IMG/VR virus record: IMGVR_UViG_2700988794_000001
Span: 1-64,000 of that record
From: a virus
Taxonomy: Duplodnaviria; Caudoviricetes
DNA length: 64,000 nucleotides
Strand: one strand, 5' to 3'
Part shown: one piece after another, positions 21,980-33,300 of the stretch
Position numbering within the stretch: the stretch's first letter is position 1
How the letters are laid out: the number at the start of each line of letters is the position of its first letter
Position numbers and translations under genes: made by a program
Notes under the pieces: model-generated
Database searches by the model: none
The model's input: the letters and a program-made list of their open reading frames with translations, nothing else
What the model was told of the DNA's origin: nothing

Positions 21980-22162
21980 ATGTCCTTGGATAAAGGGACG
22001 ACGACGATCAAGGTCTACGTCATCCTTCAGCACTTCCCCGGTCGAGCCGAAGGTCGCGCAAATGTGAAGGTGTTCGCCGTTCGCCTTACGAGGAAAGCGG
22101 CGGACACCATTGCTTCCACCCTCCCACGCTCGTGGGTGGAGAAGCACGAAGCCAGTAAGTAA
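21980..22162 (+). CDS. small hypothetical protein
   Basis: GGAGG RBS; 60 aa. Confidence 0.5.
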   Translation: MSLDKGTTTIKVYVILQHFPGRAEGRANVKVFAVRLTRKAADTIASTLPRSWVEKHEASK

Positions 22163-22212
22163 CCGTGCAACGCGTTGCACACTAACGCAGCAGCAAGAAA
22201 GGCAGCAGCAAA

Positions 22213-22644
22213 ATGGCAATCATCGGTATGGACCTCTCGACGGAAAAGACCTTCGTGTTCTCCGGCGATCCGGACAAGGGCACCGACAAGGCGACCAAGT
22301 TCCGTTACAGCACTCTGGACAGCCGCATCCTCGGCATCCTCCAGGACAAGGCCACGTCGGTAAAGGTCAACCCGTCCGCTCCGGACGAAGACGTTGACAC
22401 CCAGATCAACTCGAAGGCGTTCCAGTTCGAAGTCGTGCAGTTCGGCTGCAAGGGCTGGGATAACCTGAAGGACGGCAAGGGCAACGATATCGAATACGAG
22501 ACGATCAAGCTCAATCGCGGCGGCAAGTCCTATCGCGTTGTCGATCCGGACACCCTCGCTCGCGTTCCTCGCATCGTCCTGGAAGAATTCGCCGAGAAGA
22601 TCATGTCGGCGAACGAACTGACGGAAGACGAGGGAAACGCGTAA
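22213..22644 (+). CDS. tail assembly chaperone (gpG-like)
   Basis: Between tube and tape measure; KGWDNLKD; slippery site at 3' end. Confidence 0.75.
   Translation: MAIIGMDLSTEKTFVFSGDPDKGTDKATKFRYSTLDSRILGILQDKATSVKVNPSAPDEDVDTQINSKAFQFEVVQFGCKGWDNLKDGKGNDIEYETIKLNRGGKSYRVVDPDTLARVPRIVLEEFAEKIMSANELTEDEGNA
22632..22638 (+). other. programmed -1 frameshift site G GGA AAC
   Basis: X XXY YYZ heptamer in correct phase; the -1 frame is open to 23021. Confidence 0.8.
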
Positions 22645-23021
22645 GGCAGGTAATCTTTGCGGTGGAGCTTTTGCCAGAACTCGATTGCTCCACCTGCACC
22701 CTTAGCCAACAGCGCGAAAGAGGGTGCACCACAGATGCTCCTGCCCCGCATGAACTGGACGGCATGGTTCTCAAGCGATGCCCGCGCCGTCCTCTTCTCG
22801 ATGATCCGCAATTCTTCTCGGAATTGTTTTGGGGTCATCAGCAGTTCAAGAAGGGCATTCTGCCTGAAGAAGGCGGGTTGCTATCACAGCCAGCGAAGCT
22901 GATGCAACTCTACTTCGTTATCGACCGGACCCGGAACCTTTGTGAGAGGGAACTGGAGAAGAAGCGGCAGGCAGAGCAAGCCCGCCTCGCACGTAAAAGG
23001 TTCAAGAAGGGCTTGGGTTGA
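22632..23021 (+). CDS. gpT-like frameshift extension of the chaperone
   Basis: Open -1 frame; CxxC and CP motifs; ILPEEGGLLSQP. Confidence 0.7.
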   Translation, partial: GKRVRQVIFAVELLPELDCSTCTLSQQRERGCTTDAPAPHELDGMVLKRCPRRPLLDDPQFFSELFWGHQQFKKGILPEEGGLLSQPAKLMQLYFVIDRTRNLCERELEKKRQAEQARLARKRFKKGLG

Positions 23022-23045
23022 GCCCTTCTATCATAGGAGACGGAA

Positions 23046-26000
23046 GTGGCGACTAGGAACCGGGATATCGTTTACGTCCTCCGCATGCGCAATGAGGCGC
23101 GTGCCGCCCTCCGGGCATACGGCAGTGACCTCCGCAACGCAGGACAGGCGGCTGCGGAGGCTACTCGCCAAGCCAAAGAGATGGCTAAGCAGGCCAAGTC
23201 CCTCGATACAGCTATTCGCCGCACAGGCAACTCCACAGGTCAGATCGCCACCAACATGGCAGCGGCGACCGCCGGTATCCGTGCGGCCAACAAAGAGCTT
23301 ACCCGCTTCACGGCGGTATCCAATCAGTCGGCGAAGGCCGGGCAGAACCTTGCCGCCGCCAGCCATAACATTCAGAGCGCCGGTCAGGCGCTGAAGTCGA
23401 TCAACTCCGCCTTGAACAGCTTTGCCAAGGCAGCGGAGAAGACTGGCATCCTCGCTCAGCGCCTCCATGCAGGTGCGACTGCCGTCCAGGGTGCAACTGT
23501 TGCACTGCGCGCCGCGACCAGTCAGGCGACCGCTTTTGCTCGTGCCGCCAATCAGGCCGGGCAGGCGATGCAGAACGTCAACAACAATTCCCGCCCCACG
23601 GGCGGCGGCGGAAGCGGCGGCATCTTCGGCTCGCTCCTGGAGAGCGCGAACAAGGCACGTGCGGCCATCCTTAGCGTCGGCGCGGCCCTTGCATCCGTGC
23701 TCGTGGCCAAGGGATTGTTCGGCCTCACGGACGAATTCACAGGCTTGGCAGTCTCAGTTGAAGCTGGTAACCGGCAGCAGCAAGGAACTGACGCAGACCT
23801 ATGACCAGCTTTACAAGATGGCGCAGAACACGCGCCAGAGCTTGGCTGGCACCGTCGAGCTTTACTCCCGCATCACCCGCGCTACCCAGGGCTTGAACCT
23901 GTCGCAGAGGCAGGTGCTCGATCTCACGGACGCCATCAATAAGTCGGTGGCGATCTTCGGCGGTCCCGCGTCCTCGGCAGAAGCCGCGCTCTTCCAGTTG
24001 TCGCAGGCGTTCGCTTCCGGCACGCTGCGCGGCGAAGAACTGAACTCGGTTCTCGAACAGTCGCCCCGCCTTGCCCAGGCCATCGCTGACGGCATGAATG
24101 TCGCGGTCGGCTCGCTGCGCACCATGGCAGAAGCTGGCAAGCTCACGTCCGATGCCGTGCTGAAGGCGATCATGTCGCAGCGCGATAAGCTCGATGCAGA
24201 GTTTGCCAAGATCGGTATCACCGTTGGGCAGGCGTTCACCGTCACACAGAACGCGATCCTCGACTACGTCGGCAAGGTGGACCAAGCCACGAAGGTCTCT
24301 GGCACGTTCGCCAACTCTGTCGTGAACGCAACGCGCCTTCTCCGCGACCCGGCTCTTATCCGGGCTGGCACCCAGGCCATCGAAGCGTTCGGCAAGGCGC
24401 TGGAAAGCGTAGTCGGCGCTGCCGTCTTCCTCGCTCAGCATCTGGACCTCGTCAAGGCTGCACTGGTCGGCTTGGCCGCGTTCGTCGCCCGTGGCGCAAT
24501 CGTCAGCCTCGCCACTGGATTGATCGGAGCCGGTCGCGCCGCCATAGGCCTTGCCACGTCCTTCAACGGAGTGAACATCGCCTTGCTGGCGACGGCTGCA
24601 CGTCTGCGCGTGGTCGCCTTGCTCCTGTCCTCTACTGGCATCGGTCTCGCTGTCACGGCCATCGGGACGGCCATCGGCTATTGGCTCACGTCCACTGACG
24701 ATACTGTGAAGTCCACGGATGAGCTTGCCCGGACGGTCGAGCGCGTTCGCGATGCATATAAGGAAGCAGGCGGCAACATTGACGAAGTCAAGAACAAGGT
24801 CAAAGACCTCACGCTGACCCAGGCGAAGGCGAACTACGAGCAGGCCAAGGCCTACGCCGAGAAGCTCCGCAAGGATACCTTCACGGGCGTGACCGCGACC
24901 AACGACACGTTCAACAAGATCGGCCTCACCAGCGACTTCATGGAGAGCATTGGCCTCGGCTCCGGTAACAAGGAGATGACCAAGCAGCTTGACACGCTGA
25001 CCGATCTTTCCCAGCGCCTGAAGGAAGGCAAAATCTCGCTTGAGGATTTCAAGACCCAGGTCGATGCTATCGGCAAAGCCGCCGCTGGCAAGGAAGTCCT
25101 GAATGCCGCCAGCGAGATGCTCGGCTACGTCGAGAAGATCAAGGAAGCCGACAAGGTCACTGAGCAGTTCTTGGGCGTCCTCGACGCCATGCAGGGCAAG
25201 CTGTCGGACGCGGCGAAGACCGTCGTCGCGAACAAGGATGCTGTGGAGGATTTCAACAACTCCTACCAGAGCGCGGCTATCATCATGTCCGCCTACGGCG
25301 ATGCGCTGAAGAAGCTGACCGACCTGAACCCCGCCGGGAAGAAGGCGAATTCTGCGCAGAACGATGTCACGGCTGCAACGAACGCCTACGGGCAGGCAAT
25401 GGAGAAGCTGAACAAGCTCCACGATCTCGGCACCATCAGCACGAACTACTACACCTCGCAGGTGAAGGTTCTGAAGAAGGCGCTGAAGGATGCGAAGGAC
25501 GACGCCTCCGGCCTCACGGACGCCCTGAAGGATGTCAAGGAGTACATGCAGGCTACCGACTTGGCCTCCATCTACAACGGCAACATCCGCGCCATCGCCC
25601 AGGAGCGCAAGGAATACGAGAAGCTTCGCGACACCCTGAAGAAGGCCGGTGGTGACACGGCGGGCCTGGAGGCATCCTTCAAGCAGCGCATCGCCGCAAT
25701 CGAAGGACAGGCCCGCTATGACCTCGCCAAGAGCCTTTCGGAGACGCTGAAGAACCTCGAAGACGAGAACCGCATGATCGGCTTGAACACCGCTCAGCGC
25801 GAACGTCTGACGGCTGTCATCCAGGCGGAGAATGCCGCGCGTCAGTCCGGCCTCGCCTCCGGCGATCAGAAGAAGTTCCTGGACGATTTCGTCAAGGCCT
25901 ACGACAAGCTCGCTGCGATCCAGAGCGAAGGAAAGTTTGCCGAAGGTCTCGGAGAGCAGATCAAGGAACTGAAGCAGGAAGCCGTCACCATCGGTGTCGC

Positions 26001-27949
26001 CTCCGACAAGCAGGAGCGCTTGAACAAGCTGATCGAGTTCGAAGCCGCCGCCCGTGACGCCGGTCTCACGAGCATCGATAAGTGGCGGTCGCAGTACGTC
26101 GCCGCACTCGATGAAGTGAAGAAGGCCCAGGAAGCCGCCAACAAAAACTTCGCGCTCGGCTTCGGTGAAGGCCTTCGCGATTTCGGACTTGACGCAACCA
26201 ACCTTCGTGCGCAGGCCAAGGACTTGGCGTCTGGCATCGCTGGCGATATCTCCTCTACCCTGAGGCCGGGCTGAAGACTGGCAAGTTCGACATCAAAGAC
26301 CTCTTCTCTAATATCGCTGGCCGCTTCGTGGACATCGGCGTTGACAACCTTGTCGGCTCCATCTCGAAGCAGCTTGGCGGTATGTTCAATGACGGAACCG
26401 ATAATGACCCTGTCGCCAAGGCTAAGGCCGTGATCGCTGCCCAGCAGGACGCCTACACGATGACTGTGCAGGGTGTGCAGGGTGCAGGTGCCACCTTCGT
26501 GCAACAGTTGCAGATGAGCTTTGACGGCATCGTCCAGGGCATCGGAACCATCAACGGTTCGAACGGTAGCAGCATGGCCGCTGGCCGCGCCTCTGATCGT
26601 GCGAGCATGCCGGGCTACTCGGCTGACTACGCCAGCAAGGTCAAAGACCTGAAGACTGATATCATCTCCGAAGTGCTGAAGGCGAACACCTCCGCCAGCG
26701 GCGTCGGCAGCTTCAAGACCACTGGCAACTTCAACGCCATGGGTGCGCAGAACGTCGATCAGCGTCTCGTCCAAATCCTGGAAGAAGCCTCGAAGCGCTC
26801 CGGCATGAACGTCGAAGCCTACTCCGGCTACCGCCCCGGCGATCCTCGCCAGCACGGCCAGGGCTCGGCTATCGATGTCGGCATCCTTGGCGCTGATGGC
26901 AAGCGCCTGCCGAACTACCAGAACGGCCAATACTTCCGCCAGTACGAGCAGCTTGCTCAGACCGCGAAGCAGGTGCAGATGGAACGCTTCCCCGAGATGA
27001 ACGATCAGTTCCGCTGGGGTGGCTACTTCGGCGGTCCGAAGGGCAAGTACGGCGCGATGGACGCCATGCACTTCGACACGGGCGGCAAGAACATGGCGGG
27101 CGGCTCTTGGGCCAACGGCCTGAACCAGAACCAGCGCCAGATGTTCCCCGACGCCACGTCTGTCGGAATGAACGTGCAACAGTTGCAACAGCAGTTGTCC
27201 CAGGTCGGAACCGCTGCACAGACAGCCGCGTCCGCAACGCAGGCCGTCAACACGGCGTACCAGCAGACCGGCACCAATACGCAGACGGCAGCACAGGCCG
27301 TGCAGCAGCTTGCCACGAATAGCCAGCAGGCTGCTACGACCATGCAGACGGCAGGGCAGACCATGGGTCAGGCAGGGCAAGCAGCCGCCGCAGCGGGCAC
27401 ACAGGCGGCGACGGCGACCGCAGGCGTGGGTGAGTTCGGCAAGGGCATCACCGGCCTCCTGTCGCCTCTCCTGAGTGTCATCCCAGGCATCGGTCAGTTC
27501 GGTCAGGCTATCGTCGGATTGCTCGGCAATCTGCTCAAGTCTCCTACGGGTGGCGCTGGCGGCGGGCTGCTTAGCTTCCTGTTCGCCAACGGCGGTATCA
27601 TGACCAACACTGGCAAGATGCCTCTGAAGACCTACGCCAAGGGCGGCATAGCTAAGAAGCCGCAGGTTGCCGTCTTCGGAGAAGGCCGCATGAACGAAGC
27701 CTACGTCCCGCTGCCAGACGGCAAGTCGATCCCCGTCTCCATGTCGGGTGGCTCCGGCGGTGGCGGCGTGTCGATGGGCGATATCAAGATCGATATCAAA
27801 ATGTCGGCTCCTCCGGCGATGCAGAGAAGGATCAGAAGCACGCCGAGAACACGGCTGCGACGATCAACAAGATGCTTGACCAGAAAATCTCTTCTTGGGC
27901 GCTGCGTGAAAGCCGTCCTGGTGGAATGTTGCAGAAGGCGATGAAGTAA
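23046..27949 (+). CDS. tape measure protein with peptidase M15-like domain (three indels)
   Basis: Tape-measure motif QLSQAFASGTLRGEELNSVLEQSP; FANGGI...GEG..EAYVPL C-terminus. Confidence 0.85.
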
Positions 27950-28305
27950 TGACCACCCCTACCCTCCCCTTGCCTGAAGGCGTGGAAGTCTCTGTCGGCT
28001 CGGAAGTAGCGTTCCGGGCTCGCGTCCTCAAGGCCAACTTCGGCGAAGGCTACACCCAGCGCTCCGGCGACGGGCAAAATGCTGTCTCCGCCACCTACAG
28101 CGTGTCCTTCAACACACTAACACGTGTGGAGGCAAAGATTTTGCTTGACTTCTTTGCCGCCCAGGCAGGATACAAGGCATTCTATTACACGATCAAGGGC
28201 GAGACCGACCCACGCATGTGGGTTTGCGAAGAATGGTCCCGCGAACAGGTCACGGCCCTTCTCGATAACGTGAAGGCCACATGGGTTGAGGTTTTCACTG
28301 CATGA
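27949..28305 (+). CDS. distal tail protein (lambda gpM-like)
   Basis: FGEGYTQRSGDGQN. Confidence 0.85.
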   Translation: MTTPTLPLPEGVEVSVGSEVAFRARVLKANFGEGYTQRSGDGQNAVSATYSVSFNTLTRVEAKILLDFFAAQAGYKAFYYTIKGETDPRMWVCEEWSREQVTALLDNVKATWVEVFTA

Positions 28306-29009
28306 CCGCTACATCGCCGGGCGTCCAACAGATTTCGCAGCATCTGGAGACGGATGACCTTGTCGTCCTCTACACGATTGACGTGACGCCGCTCGGCGTG
28401 CCGCAGATGTGGCACTTCACCAACGGCAAGCAGGTGAAGTTCCGTGGCTTCACCTTCGTCGCCGCCGACGTGAAGTCGGATGGCTTCGAGTGGAACGGCC
28501 AGGGCGCAATGCCGCAGCCGACGATCTCGGTATCCAACGCCACCCGCATGCTGTCCGGCATCGTCGGCACCTATAAGGACTTGGTTGGCGCGAAGCTCAT
28601 TCGCATCAAGACCTATGCCCGCTACCTGGACGAAGCGCCGGGCGCGAACCCGGACGAAGCGTTCGCCGCCGACATCTATAACTTCGAGCAGAAGACGGCC
28701 CACGACAAGTACCAGCTTGAGTGGACGCTGTCGGCGGCAATGGATCAGCAGGGCAAGAAGATACCCGGTCGGCGCGTCCTACGGGATGTCTGCATGTGGA
28801 GGTATCGCCGCTGGACCGGTGCGACCTTCGACTACTCGAAAGTGCAGTGCCCCTACAACGGCGTGCAGAGCTATACGAAAGACAAGGTTCCGACCACCCC
28901 CGCCAATGACCGTTGTGGTCGGCATGTGTCGGACTGCGAACTGAGGTTTGGAGCAAATGCAGAGCTACCCTTCGGCGGTTTCCCCGGCGTCACTCGCGTG
29001 CGCCTCTGA
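28302..29009 (+). CDS. minor tail protein L
   Basis: TYARYLD, CMWRYR, C...DRCG..SDCELRFG, FGGFPG. Confidence 0.9.
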   Translation: MTATSPGVQQISQHLETDDLVVLYTIDVTPLGVPQMWHFTNGKQVKFRGFTFVAADVKSDGFEWNGQGAMPQPTISVSNATRMLSGIVGTYKDLVGAKLIRIKTYARYLDEAPGANPDEAFAADIYNFEQKTAHDKYQLEWTLSAAMDQQGKKIPGRRVLRDVCMWRYRRWTGATFDYSKVQCPYNGVQSYTKDKVPTTPANDRCGRHVSDCELRFGANAELPFGGFPGVTRVRL

Positions 29010-29796
29010 GAGCCATCTGACCACGCAATACGTCTCCGCTTTGAACGAGTGGAAGGCGCATGCGGTCAGCAAGTTCCCCAACGAAGCTTGCGGTTTCATC
29101 CTGAAGGATGGGTCGTTCTTGCCGATGGAGAACCTCTCCCCCGAGCCGCGCAAGAATTTCATCATCAATGAGACAGAGGAAGTCTACGAGCGCGGCATCG
29201 TCGCGTTCCTCCATAGCCACACCCCTGACGACCCGGACGAGAACGGTCGCGTGCAACCTGTTGCACTTGGACCCTCCAAGTCGGACATGGAAGGGCAGAT
29301 TTCCTGTGACTACCCGTGGGGCATCTCGGTTTGCGACGGAGAGAACACGACCACGCCGCTTTGGTTCGGCGATCAGCTTGAGCCGCGCCCGCTGCTTGGC
29401 CGCGTCTTTGTGCACGGCATCTGGGATTGCTACTCACTCATCCGCGACTGGCACCGCACAGAGGCGGGCATCATCATCCCCGAGTACCCCAGAGAGTTCT
29501 CGTGGTGGGGCTCGAAGGAAGAGGGCTACCCCGGCGAAGACATGTACGAAGCCAACTTCAAAGATGCCGGGTTCGAGCGCGTCCATCGTGATCGCGGCCC
29601 CCTTCCTGGAGATGTCTTCATCTGTAGGTTAAAATCCACTGTACTTAATCATGCCGGTGTATATATTGGCGACGATCACATCTTGCATCATGCCGCCGGG
29701 GCGCTGTCTATGCGTAGCCCAGCCAGCCGGTGGCACAGCAAGTTGGACTTCTTAGTTCGTCACAAAGATATGCCGGAGCCAGAGGATGCTGCGTAA
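28948..29796 (+). CDS. tail tip protein K (JAB + NlpC/P60)
   Basis: PNEACG, HSH, DCYSL, NHAGVY; start uncertain. Confidence 0.88.
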   Translation: MEQMQSYPSAVSPASLACASESHLTTQYVSALNEWKAHAVSKFPNEACGFILKDGSFLPMENLSPEPRKNFIINETEEVYERGIVAFLHSHTPDDPDENGRVQPVALGPSKSDMEGQISCDYPWGISVCDGENTTTPLWFGDQLEPRPLLGRVFVHGIWDCYSLIRDWHRTEAGIIIPEYPREFSWWGSKEEGYPGEDMYEANFKDAGFERVHRDRGPLPGDVFICRLKSTVLNHAGVYIGDDHILHHAAGALSMRSPASRWHSKLDFLVRHKDMPEPEDAA

Positions 29797-30373
29797 AGTC
29801 TACCTTCACGGTCACGCACGGGAGATGTTCGGAGAGTGTTTTGAGCTTGATATCTCGACACTCTCCGAAGCCGTCAGGGCCATCGGTTGCCAAGTGCCGG
29901 GCTTCCGGAACTACATCGCTCAGCGCCACTTCCGCGTGACGGTCGGCAAGGAACTCCGCAAGGGCCGCGCTCTTGGCGAGAACCAGATCACCGAATACCT
30001 CGGCAAGGGCGACTTGCACCTGATGCCGGTTATCAAGGGTGCGAAGAACGGCGGTCTCATGAAGATCATCGCCGGGGTTCTCATCGCCGCCGTGGCATGG
30101 TGGGCCGCTCCTACCTTGGGTGCAGCCGCCATCGGCAGCGTGACCTACGGCCAGATCGCCATGGTCGGCATCGGTCTTGCAGCGGCTGGCCTCTCCCAGC
30201 TTCTGACCAACAACAAGGCCAGCAAAGAGAAGAAGGATGAGAGCGCCCGCATCGGTGGCGCAATCAACGTAATGGAGCAAGGCGGTCCCGTCCCGCTGAT
30301 CTATGGCAGGTATCGCGTCGGATCGACCATGATTTCGTCCGGCGTCACCACAGAAGACATTCCTATCGGTTAA
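29786..30373 (+). CDS. tail assembly protein I
   Basis: VYLHG, EAVRAI, QGGPVPLIYG. Confidence 0.88.
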   Translation: MLRKVYLHGHAREMFGECFELDISTLSEAVRAIGCQVPGFRNYIAQRHFRVTVGKELRKGRALGENQITEYLGKGDLHLMPVIKGAKNGGLMKIIAGVLIAAVAWWAAPTLGAAAIGSVTYGQIAMVGIGLAAAGLSQLLTNNKASKEKKDESARIGGAINVMEQGGPVPLIYGRYRVGSTMISSGVTTEDIPIG

Positions 30374-30388
30374 GTGGGGCGCTGACAT

Positions 30389-33300
30389 ATGATCATCCGT
30401 AAGGTTCTTAAAGGCGCGAAGGGCGGCGGCAAGGGCGGTTCGAAGGACAACTCCCCGAACTCCCTCCGCTCCGGCGCGTACATCAAGCTTATCGACTTGC
30501 TCGGAGAGGGCGAGATCGGCGGGCTTGTAGACGGTTCGCGCTCTATCTTCTTCGACAACACCCCGCTGATGTCGGGAGGCTCCTACAATTTCAAGGGCGT
30601 CTCCTGGACGCAGCGCGTGGGCTTGCCGGACCAGCCTTACGTCCCAGGCTTCAACTCTGTTGAGAACGAAGAGGCTGTCGGCGTCCAGGTCAAGCATGGC
30701 CTGCCGATCACCCGCAACGTCGAAGGCGAAGACCTTGATGCAGTCCGCGTGACCGTGGAAATCCCTGCCCTCGCAAGGCAGAGTGACGGGCGCTTCAAGG
30801 CGCACTCGGTCGATTTCGCGCTGGAAGTTAGGTACGACGGTGGGCCGTGGACCAACCCTTTCGGCACCTTGACCATCTCCGGCAAGTGCACGTCGCCGTA
30901 TGACCGTAACTACCTGATCAACTTGCCGCGCAATCCCAGCGGCGCAAGCTCGCCATGGTCGATCCGCATGGTTCGCTTGAGCGATGACAGCGAAGACGCG
31001 ACCAAAGAGCAGAACGATACCGTCTTCGCTTCGATGACGAAGATCACCTACGGTAAGTTCACCTATCCGAACTCCGCCTATATCGCCATGCGCGTCGAGG
31101 CAGAGCAGTTCGGCCAGTCGGTTCCGACCCGCTCATACGAAGTCTATGGACGTATCGTCCAGGTTCCGACGAACTACACGACACGCCTCTACAACGCCGA
31201 TGGCGTCATCACCCGCAACGCCTCCTACTCGGGAAGCTGGAACGGCACGTTCAAGTGGGCCTGGACGGATAACCCGGCGTGGGTGCTCTACGACATCATG
31301 ACCAATGATCGCTTCGGTCTTGGCGAGGATATCGACGCCTCGCAGGTGGACAAGTGGTCGCTCTACGAGATCGCGCAATACGCAGACCAGAACGTGCCCG
31401 ATGGCCGTGGCGGCAACAAGCCGCGCTTCACGTTCAACGGCGCGATGTACGATCAGCAGGAGGCATTCGACGCCATCCAGCAAATCGCTTCCGTGTTCCG
31501 TGGCATGGCCTATTGGTCTTCCGGCTCGGTTATGGCGACACAGGATCGCCCGAAGGACGTGAGCATCCTTGCTGCATCTGCCAACGCGGTTGACGGCTCC
31601 TTTAGCTATCAGGGCTCGGCCCTCACTGCCCGGCATACGGTCGCCGTGGTCAAGTTCGATAACCCCGAACTGAACTATGAGCAGGATTTCGTAGTTGTCG
31701 AGGATCGCGACGGCATCGAACTCTACGGCTATAACGAGACCGAAATCCTTGCAACAGGTTGCACCGACCGGGCGCAGGCCTACCGCATCGGCGAATGGGC
31801 GCTGTTCACCGAACTGAATGAAACAAACGTCGTCAGCTACAAGGCTGGTCTCGATCATGCTGGCCTCCGCCCCGGCGACATCATCGCCGTCCAGGACAGG
31901 AGCTTTGCCGGTCCCGATAATGCCGGGCGTCTGAAGGCAGGCAGCAGCGCGTCCACCCTTCTGCTCGACCATGACGTGACCCTGGAGACCGGCCAGAGCT
32001 ATTCAGTTTCGGTCGTGCTGCCGAACGGCACGGTCGAAGAGCGTGATATCGTCGTTTCTTCTTACGACGTTCCTATCAACATCCTTGATGTCTCAGCGCC
32101 CTTCAGCGTAACGCCTGACGAGGAAGCCCTTTGGGTTCTCGCGTCTGATACGCTCGTGCCCTCCTTGTGGAGTTGCATCTCTGTCCGTGAGAGCGAGCCG
32201 CATATCTATGAAGTGGTGGGAGCGCAGTACGAGCCCGCCAAGTTCGAACATATCGACAACTCCGCCCGCTTCGATCCTCTGCCGACGCAGAACAATCCTG
32301 TCGTGCAGCCGCCGATCAACCTGCTTGTGCAGGAAAGCATCTATACCCAGGACGGCGTTCCGCGCACGGCCTTGCTTGTATCGTGGACCTCGCCCGGCAT
32401 CGAGTTTGCCGTGGTCGGTTACGAAGTCGCCTACGACGGCCCGGACGGCTATGTCCAGGTCGGCAGGGTTCCGTCCACGTCCGTGCAGATTTTGGATGCG
32501 CCGCCCGGCGATTACACCTTCTATATTTCGAGCGTGTCGCTTAGCCAGCGCGTCTCTCTGCCAGCCACCATCGACTACGCAACTCTCGGCTGGCAGGGTA
32601 CGCACAATGGCACCATCGCCAACGTTCGCCTGAAGGGCAAGACGCCCGACATCACGTCGTTCACGGGCTCCTCCCCGGAGTTCGTCTGGGATAACGTGTG
32701 GCCCACGGGCACCATCTTCAATCCGGACGGCAGCAGCCCGATCTTCCGCAACAACCTCGTCAGCATCTATGACGAAGTCACCGAAGACCTTCTGCGCCAG
32801 GAGTACACCCGCAACTCGAACTACGTCTACACGCTGTCGAAGAACCGCGCCGACAACGCTGTCTACAATCGTGGTCCGAGCCGCGCGTTCCGCGTCGAAG
32901 TCCAGGTGTGCGACGTTTACGGACGCCAGTCCGATCCGGGCACCATCTCGGTAAGCAACCCGCCGCCTCCCGCCGTCGCCCCTGTAGGCATTCCGGGCTT
33001 TGGTCAGTTCGTCGTTCGCTGGTCTACTCTCAGCGATCCTGACCTTGCAGGCTTCTTGGTTTGGGTATCGAGCGCGCCGGGCTTCAACCCGCTGACCACG
33101 GAGCCCTACTTCGACGGCATGGTGAACGCCATCACCTATGCGGCGTCTTCCGGCACGACCTACTATGTCCGCGTTGGAGCCTACGACACCTTCGGCAAAA
33201 CCGGCCTCAACATCTCTGGCGAGATCGAGTGCACGGCGGTCGGCTCCGATGACCTTGACCCGCCGGACACTCCGACCGGCCTGACCTCGACTACGTCGCT

